DNA of 64,000 nt from Bacillota bacterium (GCA_012838305.1 DUPN01000065.1:11637-75636); one strand, 5' to 3'; shown: positions 20,647 to 30,947, counted from the first letter of the stretch. The notes: generated by a model not told the origin, from the letters alone. Translations and numbers: made by a program.

Positions 20647-21945
20647 ATGAAGATATTGGTGGTGGGTCGGGGGGGACGGGAACACGCCCTCTGTGAAAAG
20701 ATAGCCTCAAGCCCTCTTGTTGACAAGGTCTTTGTGGCGCCGGGCAATCCCGGCATGCGATCGGTGGCCATAACCGTGCCCTATTTGGAGGATGATCAGC
20801 AGGGGCTTGTTCGTTTTGCCAGGCAACACAATCTGGACTTGGTTGTAATTGGACCGGAAAAACCCTTGGTGGACGGTCTGGCCGATCGTTTCCTCGAGGA
20901 GGGGATTCCTGTTTTCGGCCCAAGTCCAAGGGCTGCACAGATTGAGGGCAGTAAGTCGTTTGCCAAGGCTCTCATGGCCAAGTACGGCATTCCCACGGCA
21001 GATTACCGGGAATTCACCGCTTACACTGAGGCCAGGTCCTATCTAGAGCAATCGCCTGTTCCTATTGTGATTAAGGCCGACGGTCTGGCCGCGGGCAAGG
21101 GAGTTGTGGTGGCACATACAAAGAGGCAAGCCCAGGAGTCCCTGGAGGAGATGCTTCAGGGCAAGAAGTTTGGGGAAGCTTCATCCAAGGTGATCATCGA
21201 AGAATGTTTGCAGGGTGAGGAGTTCTCGCTGATGGCCCTAGTCCAAGGTGAGCTCGTTGTTCCCCTGGATGTGGCCCAGGATCACAAGAGGGCCTTGGAC
21301 GGAAATCAGGGTCCGAATACAGGAGGGATGGGAGCATACTCTCCCGTTCCCCAAATTCCATCGGGTGTGGTTGAACAGGCCATCGCAGAGATTCTAGAGC
21401 CGACAGCCAAAGCCCTTGTGCTGGAAGGGAGGCCTTTCACGGGGGTCCTGTATGCGGGATTAATGCTGACCAGCGAGGGGCCTAAAGTGATTGAGTTTAA
21501 TGCCCGTTTCGGTGATCCAGAGACCCAGGTGTTGCTGCCCCGTTTGGAGTCGGACTTGGTCGCGGCTATGCTCGCAGTTTTAGCCGGAGAGAGGCCCAAG
21601 CTCAAGTGGAGTTCCCAGGGTATGGTCGGGGTGGTGGTGGCCAGCAAGGGCTATCCAGGTCCTGTCCAAGGAGGAGTTTTGCTTCCTTCGTTCCGCTTTG
21701 AGGGCGGGTCTGTGTCCGTCTACTATAGCGGGGTGGCTGAAAAGGAAGAAGGGCTCGTTAGCGCCGGAGGACGGGTGTACCTCGCAGGATGCCTGGGAGA
21801 TAACCTGAGGGAGGCTCAACAGAAGGTGTATGACTTCTTATGTCAGTATGATCAACCAGAGTTCTTCTACCGTAGGGATATAGGGCAGGCTTGCCTTGAT
21901 TCAGCCGCAGTGCAGTCAGGGTCAGATCAAGAAGAGCCGCGCTAA
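20647..21945 (+). CDS. purD: phosphoribosylamine--glycine ligase PurD
   Basis: N-terminus MKILVVGRGGREHAL and an ATP-grasp fold. Start moved to the ATG at 20647. Confidence 0.9.
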   Translation: MKILVVGRGGREHALCEKIASSPLVDKVFVAPGNPGMRSVAITVPYLEDDQQGLVRFARQHNLDLVVIGPEKPLVDGLADRFLEEGIPVFGPSPRAAQIEGSKSFAKALMAKYGIPTADYREFTAYTEARSYLEQSPVPIVIKADGLAAGKGVVVAHTKRQAQESLEEMLQGKKFGEASSKVIIEECLQGEEFSLMALVQGELVVPLDVAQDHKRALDGNQGPNTGGMGAYSPVPQIPSGVVEQAIAEILEPTAKALVLEGRPFTGVLYAGLMLTSEGPKVIEFNARFGDPETQVLLPRLESDLVAAMLAVLAGERPKLKWSSQGMVGVVVASKGYPGPVQGGVLLPSFRFEGGSVSVYYSGVAEKEEGLVSAGGRVYLAGCLGDNLREAQQKVYDFLCQYDQPEFFYRRDIGQACLDSAAVQSGSDQEEPR

Positions 21946-21961
21946 TGGCACGGCTCTTTTC
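21934..21961. terminator. hairpin AGAGCCG cgctaatggca CGGCTCT followed by TTTTCC, a pur operon terminator shared with the convergent minus-strand gene
   Basis: 7 bp GC stem plus a T-run. Overlaps the purD stop. Confidence 0.5.
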
Positions 21962-22177
21962 CTATTCATTGTCGCGGCGATGCTTGCGCAGATTCTCCCG
22001 GATTTCTGTAAAAACTGAGGCCATACCCAGGATGAATCCGGCGAAGGTTACGCCATAGGCGATCAGATAGAGCTCAATGACTTGGGGAATCAACTCCAAG
22101 ACCATGGCAAAGATCGCCAACCAGCCTAGGATGGCCAAGGCGGCGCCAATGAGGATATGGCGTGTGGTGCGTCGCAC
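21962..22177 (-). CDS. small two-helix membrane protein at the tail of the opp operon
   Basis: 71 aa with two hydrophobic helices. Its start codon overlaps the oppF-like stop at 22177. Confidence 0.4.
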   Translation of the reverse strand: MRRTTRHILIGAALAILGWLAIFAMVLELIPQVIELYLIAYGVTFAGFILGMASVFTEIRENLRKHRRDNE

Positions 22178-23205
22178 TAGACCTCATCCTTGTAAAGCCA
22201 ACACGCGGCCGCATGGTCTTCCTGTACCCAGAATTCCGGCGGTATCTGCACATCGCAGAGTCCCTTGATCATTTTCCGGCAGCGGGGATGGAATCTGCAC
22301 CCCGGGGGCGGATTCATCAAGCTAGGCGGTTCGCCTGCAGGTACATCCTTAAAGGTTTTCAGGTTTTCTGCATCAGGATCCGATGTCGCTTCAAAGAGTG
22401 CCGCTGTATAGGGATGGAGAGGCTGTTCGAGCAAGGCGGCCGTGGACGACTTTTCGATGATCTTCCCGCCGTACATGGCAAATATGCGCTCCGAGAAGTA
22501 CCGTACTGTGGAGAGGTCATGGGTAATATAGAGAATGGCCAAATTGTGCCTTCTCTGCAGCGCTTGTAGCAACTGGAGAATCTCTACCCGGACCGAAGCG
22601 TCCAGCATGGATACGGGTTCGTCGGCAATCAGCATCTTGGGCTCCAAGACCATGGCCCGTGCGATCACCAGGCGCTGCTGCTGTCCACCACTGAGCATGT
22701 GGGGGAATTTCGGCAAAAAGTCCTCGATGGGTGCCAATTTCACTTCTTCCAGGACCTGTCGGATGCGCCTTGTTTGCTCTGCTTTGTCCCTGACGCCGTT
22801 GATTTTCATGGGCTCTTCCAAGATGCGTTTCACCGTCATAAATGGAGGCAGGGCACCATAGGGGTCTTGCTGGATGTAGCCGATATTGGAACGATAGCGT
22901 TTCCAGCCTTCCTTGTCCAAGGTGCTCAGATCTTCATCATCAAAGAAGATAGAGCCTTTCGTGATGTGGTTGATGCCCAGGATCGTCTTGGCTAGTGTGC
23001 TCTTGCCGCAGCCGCTCTCACCTACAATGGAAATGGTTTCCCCTGCATATAGTTCAAAGGAGGCCCCATCTAAGGCTCGCACATCGCCCGCTTTAAAAAA
23101 GCCCATACGGCGTACCTCAAACCAAGTGTGGAGATCCTCAACGCGAAGAACCGCCTTTTGTTGTGTTGGTTGTTCCTCTGGTAAAGTCCTTGCTAGACTA
23201 GGCAT
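22177..23205 (-). CDS. oligopeptide/dipeptide ABC transporter ATP-binding protein (OppF-like)
   Basis: Walker A GESGCGKST, ABC signature LSGGQQQR, Walker B ILIADEP. C-terminal oligopeptide-transporter extension with Cys/His. Confidence 0.9.
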   Translation of the reverse strand: MPSLARTLPEEQPTQQKAVLRVEDLHTWFEVRRMGFFKAGDVRALDGASFELYAGETISIVGESGCGKSTLAKTILGINHITKGSIFFDDEDLSTLDKEGWKRYRSNIGYIQQDPYGALPPFMTVKRILEEPMKINGVRDKAEQTRRIRQVLEEVKLAPIEDFLPKFPHMLSGGQQQRLVIARAMVLEPKMLIADEPVSMLDASVRVEILQLLQALQRRHNLAILYITHDLSTVRYFSERIFAMYGGKIIEKSSTAALLEQPLHPYTAALFEATSDPDAENLKTFKDVPAGEPPSLMNPPPGCRFHPRCRKMIKGLCDVQIPPEFWVQEDHAAACWLYKDEV

Positions 23206-24190
23206 GTTTCACCTCTCCCGTCTCCTCAAATAGCCAGCACTGCACCGTGGACCCGTTCTCCAGGTATGTGGTGTCGGGCTGCATAGAACACTTTTCGAAT
23301 CGCTTTTCGCACCGCTCTGCAAAGCGGCAGCCGGTAGGCGGATTGATCAGGGAAGGGGGCTGCCCTGGAATGAATTCCAGTTCTTTGTCCTCCCGCAGCG
23401 TTGGTACGCTTGCCATCAATTTCTGAGAATAGGGATGGTGTGCGTCTGTATAGAAGTACTGGGCAGAACTGTATTCGACCATCTTCCCAGCGTACATAAC
23501 GGCAATTTCATCAGCCAACTCACTGGCGGTTCCGATATCGTGTGTAATCAGAATAAAGGTTGCATCTGTCTGTTGTTTGACCCGCTTGAGTACATTCATC
23601 AAGTTGGCCTGGGACAGCAGATCAAGGGCGGATGAAGGTTCATCAAGTACGATCAGCTTAGGATTTGATGCCAAGGCCATGGCAATGATGGCCCTCTGCC
23701 GCATTCCGCCGCTCAATTCAAAGGGGTAACGCTGCAGGAAGTCGACGGGTAGACCCACAATCTCAAAGACTTCAGCAACTCGGGTTCTAGCCTGCTGCCT
23801 GCTGATTCTTTCATGAATTAACAGAGGCTCAACAAGCTGGTCCTCAATGCGGATCACGGGGTTGAGAGAGTTCATAGAAGCCTGGGGAACCGAGGCAATA
23901 TTATGCCAGCGAATCTCCCTGCGAAACTTCTCGTCATCGTATTTCATAATGTCCTGCCCATCAAAAATGATGGAGCCCGTGTACGTAGAAATGTTGCGGG
24001 GCAAAAGGCGCAGGATGGCTTTGGCCAACGACGTCTTTCCACAGCCCGATTCGCCGACTACGGCTAGGGTATGCCCTGCTCTCAGTTGAAAGCTCACATC
24101 ATCCACGGCCTGGACGGGTCCTGCCTGGGTGCGGAAGTACAGTTTTAAGTTCTGAACATCAAGCACAATCTTCTTGTCACGAGTACTCAT
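23198..24190 (-). CDS. oligopeptide/dipeptide ABC transporter ATP-binding protein (OppD-like)
   Basis: Walker A GESGCGKTS, signature LSGGMRQR, Walker B LIVLDEP. Overlaps the downstream gene by 8 nt. Confidence 0.9.
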   Translation of the reverse strand: MSTRDKKIVLDVQNLKLYFRTQAGPVQAVDDVSFQLRAGHTLAVVGESGCGKTSLAKAILRLLPRNISTYTGSIIFDGQDIMKYDDEKFRREIRWHNIASVPQASMNSLNPVIRIEDQLVEPLLIHERISRQQARTRVAEVFEIVGLPVDFLQRYPFELSGGMRQRAIIAMALASNPKLIVLDEPSSALDLLSQANLMNVLKRVKQQTDATFILITHDIGTASELADEIAVMYAGKMVEYSSAQYFYTDAHHPYSQKLMASVPTLREDKELEFIPGQPPSLINPPTGCRFAERCEKRFEKCSMQPDTTYLENGSTVQCWLFEETGEVKHA

Positions 24191-24191
24191 A

Positions 24192-25535
24192 CTATATCCC
24201 CCTTAGACGTGGGTTAAAGATACGGTCGAGGGCGAAGCCCAGCATGGCAAATCCAAGTCCAGCTAAAATGAGCAGGAAGGCTGGCTCCAAAACCCAATAA
24301 AAGTAACCGTTGAATAATGCGCCATTGGTTTGGGCATCATTGAGAAGTTTACCCCACGTAGGCAGCACAGGATCGCCAAGACCGAGTACAGCCAGCGTCG
24401 CTTCTAAGAACACGAAAGCGGGTACTTGGGTCACAAATCCCGGAATCAAAGTTGGGATGATCTTGGGAATCATGTAACGGACAATAATTCGGCCATTACC
24501 TGCACCGTAGGCTCTGGCGGCATCAATATAACCCGATTCCTTAACTTGCAGGAACATGGAGCGATAACTGAGGATGCCCGAACCGAAGATTCCCAGGAGA
24601 ATCACGACACTCAACATCACCCAGATACTTCGGGAGTAGAACAGCCCGACCATGATCAGAATGGGCAAGAGGGGCAGGATCATCACTACCTCATTGATTC
24701 TCCGAATCAGCCAGTCGACCCAGCCGCCAAACCAGACCGAGGCAGCACCCAAAAACATGGTGACGATGGAGGATCCCACTGCCGCCACTAAGCCAAAGGA
24801 TAGGGCCACAGGTGTACCCCAAAGCAGGGCGACTGTAATGTCCCTGCGGCGGTGGTCGGTTCCTGCCAGGCCATGCAGCTGGCCATATACCACAAGGGTA
24901 GCATCGACGGTAGAACCCTCTTCAAAGATGAGACCTTCACCCACCAACTGGTAGGTACCCTTGAGCACCTTGTTTGGATCTGCGGGGTCGGCAAAAAGTC
25001 CCTTTTCTGGTAAGGCTCCGCCAAGTCTGCGTTGAATGCGCGTATCTTGGGAAATGGAGAAATTCTCATTGGTGCGAACAGCGAGCTCGCCTAGCTGGAT
25101 CTCCCGTCCATCGGGAGCGATCCATTTCATGGCCACGTTAGGACGGGCCGAAGCGAAGGTGGCGTTCAAAAAGACCGATATTTCCGAGGGAAATCCGTCA
25201 TACTGGTAATCGAATTCAAACAGGAAATCCGATGTAGCGACCCCGCCACCAAGGTCCACAATGGATTTCAGGTCGGGATTGTCTTCTGTCGTCATTCTCA
25301 TTGTGACGGGTTGCTTCTCCTGATAGAAGTAATTGAGCCATGCAGGGCGAGCATTACGCGGTGTTTGTACCCAGACATTGTCCGCACCCCGCCAAAGCCG
25401 AACCGCTTCTCCGTAGGGTATGGCGATCATCGCATAGATAGCCATAAAAATCAAGAGTAAGATGATGATGCTTCCGACAACCGCCGATGGGTAGCGCTTC
25501 ATCTGGTGAAATGCATTGCTTAGGGTCGCTTTCAT
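24192..25535 (-). CDS. ABC transporter permease (OppC-like, with a long N-terminal extracytoplasmic domain)
   Basis: 447 aa. C-terminal permease core with an EAA-like loop (IDAARAYGAGNGRIIVRYMIPKI). Confidence 0.85.
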   Translation of the reverse strand: MKATLSNAFHQMKRYPSAVVGSIIILLLIFMAIYAMIAIPYGEAVRLWRGADNVWVQTPRNARPAWLNYFYQEKQPVTMRMTTEDNPDLKSIVDLGGGVATSDFLFEFDYQYDGFPSEISVFLNATFASARPNVAMKWIAPDGREIQLGELAVRTNENFSISQDTRIQRRLGGALPEKGLFADPADPNKVLKGTYQLVGEGLIFEEGSTVDATLVVYGQLHGLAGTDHRRRDITVALLWGTPVALSFGLVAAVGSSIVTMFLGAASVWFGGWVDWLIRRINEVVMILPLLPILIMVGLFYSRSIWVMLSVVILLGIFGSGILSYRSMFLQVKESGYIDAARAYGAGNGRIIVRYMIPKIIPTLIPGFVTQVPAFVFLEATLAVLGLGDPVLPTWGKLLNDAQTNGALFNGYFYWVLEPAFLLILAGLGFAMLGFALDRIFNPRLRGI

Positions 25536-26671
25536 GACCTCGTTCCACCTCCACCGATTTTCACCCTGGGGTCAACCAAGGAGTATATGATATCCAGCAA
25601 AAAGATTGTGAGAGCCAAGAGATAAGCATAGATTACGGTTGTAGCCACAATGACCGGCGTGTCAAAGAGGTTAATGGCCTGTTGTGTCAAGCGGCCAATA
25701 CCGGGCCAGTTAAACACCGTCTCAAAGACGATAGCCCCTGTCCACAGACTAATGATCGTCAGCATGAAGCTGGTGATAATGGTGGGTAGGGTAGGTCGAA
25801 GGACATAGCGGCGTTCGATTTCCCGATCCGACAGTCCTTTAGCCTTGGCCATCTCGACGTAATCTTCGCTGGAGTAGATCAAGAAAAATGTCCGCCGGGA
25901 ATATGCTCCGGAGAAAATGGAAGAAATCAATAGAGCAGTCACCGGTAGAATCATGTGTTTCGCAATACTAAGAATGCGGGCTAAGGTATCCTGCGGCGGT
26001 GGTGCAGCAACCATACCACCAAAGGGCAGCCACCCAAGGACGGCAGCAAATATGAGAATGAGAAACATGCCGTAGAACCAAGCAGGTGCCGAACTGGTGG
26101 GTGCCATGCCAATGATGAACTTGTCCAAAAGGCTTCCATAGCGGCGTGAAAGAAAGAGTCCCAATGCTAGCGAACTGAAGAAGAGCAAGAGTTGACCGGT
26201 AGCCATTAAGAGTAGTGTTGGTCCTAGCCGTTCACCCAGGATATTCCGGACCTGACGAGATCCGCTATCACTGAGGAGATAATCTGCTGATCCAAGGTTG
26301 AGTGTGAGGCCGCTCCACAAATACTCAAAGCTTCTCACCGCGAAGGGGCGATCGAGTCCCAATTGCTGTATGCGAACAGCCACTTGATCGGCTTCAAGTT
26401 CGCGCCTTTCTTGGAGTGTCAAGAATTGCATTTCTTGATCCCCTGCCATTTGTAAGGAAACCTGTTCGCGGATTTGGCCCTTCCGCATTTCGTCAACATA
26501 GCCGCCGCCGTTAGCGATTAGAATGGCTAGGTATACTCCGATCGTAACAGTAACGAGCAAGGTCAGCCCTCGCACGAGTACGTATTTAAGAACACGGCTC
26601 AGACTGCTCTGCCTACGTTGGCGCGCTATCGTAGACTGTCCTTGCATAGAGTCGATGTTTTGCATTTCCAT
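25532..26671 (-). CDS. ABC transporter permease (OppB-like)
   Basis: 379 aa polytopic membrane protein with an EAA-like loop (VEMAKAKGLSDREIERRYVLRPTLPTI). Confidence 0.85.
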   Translation of the reverse strand: MEMQNIDSMQGQSTIARQRRQSSLSRVLKYVLVRGLTLLVTVTIGVYLAILIANGGGYVDEMRKGQIREQVSLQMAGDQEMQFLTLQERRELEADQVAVRIQQLGLDRPFAVRSFEYLWSGLTLNLGSADYLLSDSGSRQVRNILGERLGPTLLLMATGQLLLFFSSLALGLFLSRRYGSLLDKFIIGMAPTSSAPAWFYGMFLILIFAAVLGWLPFGGMVAAPPPQDTLARILSIAKHMILPVTALLISSIFSGAYSRRTFFLIYSSEDYVEMAKAKGLSDREIERRYVLRPTLPTIITSFMLTIISLWTGAIVFETVFNWPGIGRLTQQAINLFDTPVIVATTVIYAYLLALTIFLLDIIYSLVDPRVKIGGGGTRS

Positions 26672-26757
26672 ACCTCCCGGTATTCATCTGGAACAGAAGA
26701 AGTGAGGGCGTGGAGGCCACGCCCTCGCTTGTAAATCAAGCGTTGTGATTATGCCCT

Positions 26758-29247
26758 TTAGGGAAGTGTCACAAACGTGTGTGCAGTAAACGTTGCAGCA
26801 GCTACAAGAGTTGGGAGGACAATGGCTTCGAGTTTGTTGGAGCCGATCGGCAGCTGTTTCGTATCTTCACCGGTCAGCACGATTTCGAACTGTCCCTCAC
26901 CAACGGCTTGAGCCTGGCCACTGTAGGCCACATTACCGGCAGCATCCAGAACGATGTATTTGACCTCCTGAATGAACTCAGTTGGGTATACTTCGCCTTG
27001 GAAGGAAATGTCAACTAGGAAGGAAATTTCCTCTCCTGCTCTGACCCTTGTTCCACCGCTAATTTCTGCTTCGGCGATTCTGGGTTGGTCAAACATGGAC
27101 CATTTGTCTGCAGGCTCTGAGTATTGCTCAAAGCGCTTCAGATGAACGACCTTCTCCACGGGGTAAACGGCCTCAAGATACATAGGACCATTACCAATCC
27201 AGAAGTGGCCTTTCGCTTCATACCAAGCCTTGGCGTTGGCATAGCGAGTTGCGATCTCTTCCTCAGAAATCCACTGACTTAGGAAGTCTGCGTAAGGAAG
27301 ATAATTGGTCTCGATTGCTTGATCCAAGTATTTGTCGAGGATTGGCAAGCTTGGCCCCATGTTGTAGCCGAGCCATTCGGCATCCAGGGTATTCGCTTTG
27401 GATGCTGTAAACGCCAATTCGCCATTTTCCTCAGCCATCATACCCAGAACAAGTGTGTGCCAGGGTTGTGTACCGTAGTTGTAGTACACAGCGAAGATGT
27501 CGCCAAGGTTCTGCTCGGCATCAATGTACCAAGACTCGGACCAGACTTCATACACAAACGGATCTTCGGAGATGATTCTCCAACCACGGGCATTGTTCAT
27601 AGCAGATTTTGTGCTGGATTCTTCTGCCGGGTCAAAAATGTGACTCTCGGGGAATCCGCGGTCCCAACTGAGTACGGTGGATAACATCATATCACCGATT
27701 GTGTAGGGGCTGCCATCATGCCAGAGTACGGTGTCAAAGAGGTCATCACGATAGTGAATGACGGTATGACGAGGAGCATACAAACCCTCTGGATAGATTT
27801 CATCAACCGTAACCATGCGTCCTAAGGATCCATCCCAGTACAGCCAAGCGTCGCCAGGAACCTTAATCTCAGGTGCGAAGCTCAGTTCTACCCAATCGGA
27901 ATCAGGAGACTTGGAAACGGGGAGTCCTTCTTCCACAGTAACTTCAATGCGCTCAATACGATGGGGCATGTAGTTACCGGTAAACGGATTGCTGATGAAA
28001 CCGCGGTCAAAGGTAGCTCTCATTGGCAACTGGTCGAATGTCCAGTTCGAGCCGCCTACGGGGTTCCATGGTTCTACAAGTACTTGCTGCGAACCGATGG
28101 TCACAGTACCGCCAATCTCGTCACCGCGGCGAAGCGTGCTGGGCCACAGAGCAGTACTGGATACACCTTGGGCCAAGTCGGAGGCTACACTAACGTCGGC
28201 ACGACGTGGCACATAAGAGATTTGATCCACAGTGTAAATGCGAGGTGAATCGAGGAATGCAAGTTCCAGAGCACGGGAATAGAGAGCGCCTCTCTCTTCC
28301 ATGGTCTTGAAGTTCTTGTAGTAGAGCTTCTCAGAGATCTCATCCAGTTCTGGAATTGGCTCGAGTGCCTGCCAGAGTGGCTGGCTCATGGTTCTGCGAG
28401 TATACATCTGGTCAAAGATGTGTCCTTGGTCGCGGTATACTGCACCTGCACCCCAACCGCCGGTGTAAGCATGCCATTGACCTAGCCAAGGATCGCCCAT
28501 CATCCAGATGGGGGAAGCTTCGGCGCCGGTGCGAAGATCCACAGAAGTTTTGAAACCGATCGCCTCTAGCTGATCGGCCAAGTAGTCACCGACAAAAGCA
28601 CGCTGGTCTTCGCTGCGGGCTAGAATCAGGATCTCAATGGGCTCACCATTGTAAGTCCAAATGCCGTCCACAAGTCTGCAGCCATCGTTCATGAGCTCTT
28701 CCCAAATGACTTGCTTCGCTTGCTCAAAGTCATAGGCGTACTTGGACTCGAGGAAACGGGCCGTCTCAACAACGCGGGAATAGTCAACATAGGCATTGTT
28801 GAGCATGGTGAACTTAGGTAGGGCTAAGCCGCCATACAGCTCTTGGGCAATGTAGTCCCGATCAATAAGCCAGTTTGTTGCTTCCCGAATTCTCAGGTTG
28901 CCGAATGGATTGTAACGGCCATCTTCAAATGTAGGTCCTACGGGGTTCCATGTAATTTCGCTATAGGATCCAAATGTCTGGTAGTAATCCAAGTTTGGAT
29001 CGTTGAGTATGGTGTTGAATGGAACCGGTTCGGATGATGTTGATGCATAGATATCAATGTCGCCGGCCTGCAAGCGGGAGACAGCAGTGGTTACCGATGG
29101 TTCTTCAACGATAATTACTTCATCAACCCAAGTTGCCATACGCTTGTCTTCGGCACTGACGCCAAAGGCCATCGTCAACAACAACATGGTCACTACAACG
29201 CTAATCGTTAACTTACGGTTTGACACACAAGTCACCTTCCTTTTCAT
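26758..29247 (-). CDS. ABC transporter substrate-binding protein, solute-binding family 5 (peptide/nickel type), unusually long with an extra C-terminal domain
   Basis: Signal peptide (LTMAFGVSAEDK). 829 aa against roughly 550 typical for the family. First gene of the minus-strand opp-like operon. Confidence 0.8.
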   Translation of the reverse strand: MKRKVTCVSNRKLTISVVVTMLLLTMAFGVSAEDKRMATWVDEVIIVEEPSVTTAVSRLQAGDIDIYASTSSEPVPFNTILNDPNLDYYQTFGSYSEITWNPVGPTFEDGRYNPFGNLRIREATNWLIDRDYIAQELYGGLALPKFTMLNNAYVDYSRVVETARFLESKYAYDFEQAKQVIWEELMNDGCRLVDGIWTYNGEPIEILILARSEDQRAFVGDYLADQLEAIGFKTSVDLRTGAEASPIWMMGDPWLGQWHAYTGGWGAGAVYRDQGHIFDQMYTRRTMSQPLWQALEPIPELDEISEKLYYKNFKTMEERGALYSRALELAFLDSPRIYTVDQISYVPRRADVSVASDLAQGVSSTALWPSTLRRGDEIGGTVTIGSQQVLVEPWNPVGGSNWTFDQLPMRATFDRGFISNPFTGNYMPHRIERIEVTVEEGLPVSKSPDSDWVELSFAPEIKVPGDAWLYWDGSLGRMVTVDEIYPEGLYAPRHTVIHYRDDLFDTVLWHDGSPYTIGDMMLSTVLSWDRGFPESHIFDPAEESSTKSAMNNARGWRIISEDPFVYEVWSESWYIDAEQNLGDIFAVYYNYGTQPWHTLVLGMMAEENGELAFTASKANTLDAEWLGYNMGPSLPILDKYLDQAIETNYLPYADFLSQWISEEEIATRYANAKAWYEAKGHFWIGNGPMYLEAVYPVEKVVHLKRFEQYSEPADKWSMFDQPRIAEAEISGGTRVRAGEEISFLVDISFQGEVYPTEFIQEVKYIVLDAAGNVAYSGQAQAVGEGQFEIVLTGEDTKQLPIGSNKLEAIVLPTLVAAATFTAHTFVTLP

Positions 29248-29532
29248 AAATCTAATGCTGTGTCGTTCTTACTCCATCGCTATCCCGCAGCATCACCCCT
29301 TTTGACCAAATTGTTTGAAAATGTAGTATCCATCACAGGACTATCAGTATAGTAATTATGGCTCAAGCGCGAAAATCCTGCAAACAAAAGTCCAATTTCC
29401 CAAATGTGAGCAGAAAACCTACTCTGAGTCATGCTCAGGGGATGTTTTCGCCAATGTGTAAGTTCTTCCAGACCAGCTTGTACAGGCTTTTTGCGAATTT
29501 CGGAGCAAAAGACGGTCAGGTGACGGCCGACC

Positions 29533-30561
29533 TCAGCTTGCAGCCAAATGCAGGGCGTAAAGCAGCGGCTGTTTGTAGATCTCCTGCATGAGCTCGCCCT
29601 TTCCTAGATGGGCAAAGATACTCTTCATGGGTTTAGCATTGAGCTCGATGATCCAAACGCGCTCTTGATCATCGAGGCAAAGGTCCACACTGATTTCGCC
29701 CAGGGAGCCAAGGGATGCTTCCACGATGCGGGCGGCCTCCAGGCTAAGCTCCGTTAGGGTGGGTAGGAGGTGGCGACCGGGAAAGGCCTGCAGCAGAATC
29801 TCATCGGTTTCCACAATCGCCTGGCTCACATTGGTGATATAGGAGTAGGATAGGGCTACCCGACTGAGTCGGCCAGACACATGCCAGTTGCCTGCTCCGC
29901 CTTTCTGAATCAAAAAACGGATGTCAAAGATTCTCCCCTGCACAGAGGCAAAGGTAACATACTGCTGTACCAGGAAATCATTGTGGGCGAAGGATTCCAG
30001 CTTGACCAGAAGGTCTCGTAAGGAAGAAAAGACCGCTACAGGTGAGGTGGTTCCGCAATGCAGATAATAGATCCCCGCCTCCTCTCTCACCAGGTAGATC
30101 TGTGTCCCCAGTTGACCGGAGACCGGCTTGACGATCACCTGCTTAAAGCGCTCCAAATAAGCCTTTAGCTGCTTTGGTGTATACAATTCCGTGGCTGGGA
30201 GATATGCCTTCAGCTTCGACTCTGCCAGGAGTTGGTGGATGCTCCATTTGTTAAAGCGCGTGATGTGGTTAAAAACCTTGTTCTTGCCGAGGAGGCCTTC
30301 CAGTCTGTCCACTACCTTGGGTTTGGGTCCATAGAAGCGGTTGTAGTGGGCCCTGGGAAGGACCACGCTGTCTTCTATCCAAGCCTCACCGGTCCAAAGG
30401 AGACCTTGGACTTTCTGGCGTTTCCAGTCAATTCTGTTTGGCGTAACAATCACTAGGCCGATGTTGAGGTCATTGGCAGGTTTTTCGTAGGCTGCTATCG
30501 GGAGAAAAAACGGTGACAAGAGTCCGATCCTTCGTTGATTCGACATGGGCTGAACCTCCAT
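29533..30561 (-). CDS. YheC/YheD family ATP-grasp protein
   Basis: 342 aa with the layout of YheC/YheD proteins (B. subtilis spore-coat-associated ATP-grasp). ATP-grasp-like core QVIVKPVSGQLGTQIY...ELNAKP. Confidence 0.55.
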   Translation of the reverse strand: MEVQPMSNQRRIGLLSPFFLPIAAYEKPANDLNIGLVIVTPNRIDWKRQKVQGLLWTGEAWIEDSVVLPRAHYNRFYGPKPKVVDRLEGLLGKNKVFNHITRFNKWSIHQLLAESKLKAYLPATELYTPKQLKAYLERFKQVIVKPVSGQLGTQIYLVREEAGIYYLHCGTTSPVAVFSSLRDLLVKLESFAHNDFLVQQYVTFASVQGRIFDIRFLIQKGGAGNWHVSGRLSRVALSYSYITNVSQAIVETDEILLQAFPGRHLLPTLTELSLEAARIVEASLGSLGEISVDLCLDDQERVWIIELNAKPMKSIFAHLGKGELMQEIYKQPLLYALHLAAS

Positions 30562-30674
30562 TCCCTAGTGCATAGTATCGAAAAGGCGGTTCAGCGTCCC
30601 CCATCTTGGCAAACTCAGTACCGGAGCACCATCCCTTTTATCCTACGGCCTTCATATAGTGAATCGAAGGAGGG

Positions 30675-30947
30675 ATGGAAATGGGTTTGAGAGACGTATG
30701 CTGCCGTTGTCCTGAAGCCTGGGCAAACTTCATCAACCGTTGGGCCTATATTATACTCGGAGAAGATGAAGGCGGCTTGTTTGATGCAGAATGGCAGCTG
30801 ATTCAGGTCCAGGAGACCTACTTGGTATTTCGGCGTCCCGTTGTGGATCTCGGTGGATGGCAAAGGGTGATTGTTCCCTGCGCCAAGATTGTAGCCTTGG
30901 TCGAGGCTCCAGAGCCGCCGATTCCAGTGAACAATCTGTTGCGATAA
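30675..30947 (+). CDS. small hypothetical protein with a Cys-rich N-terminus (CCRCPEAW)
   Basis: 90 aa ORF with GAAGGAGGG a few nt upstream. Divergent from the ATP-grasp gene. No recognisable family. Confidence 0.25.
   Translation: MEMGLRDVCCRCPEAWANFINRWAYIILGEDEGGLFDAEWQLIQVQETYLVFRRPVVDLGGWQRVIVPCAKIVALVEAPEPPIPVNNLLR

Noticed and set aside
30615-30863. 82 aa minus-strand ORF in the ATP-grasp/GNAT intergenic region
   Set aside because: It overlaps the better-supported plus-strand 90 aa ORF, which has a GAAGGAGGG RBS, and has no features of its own.
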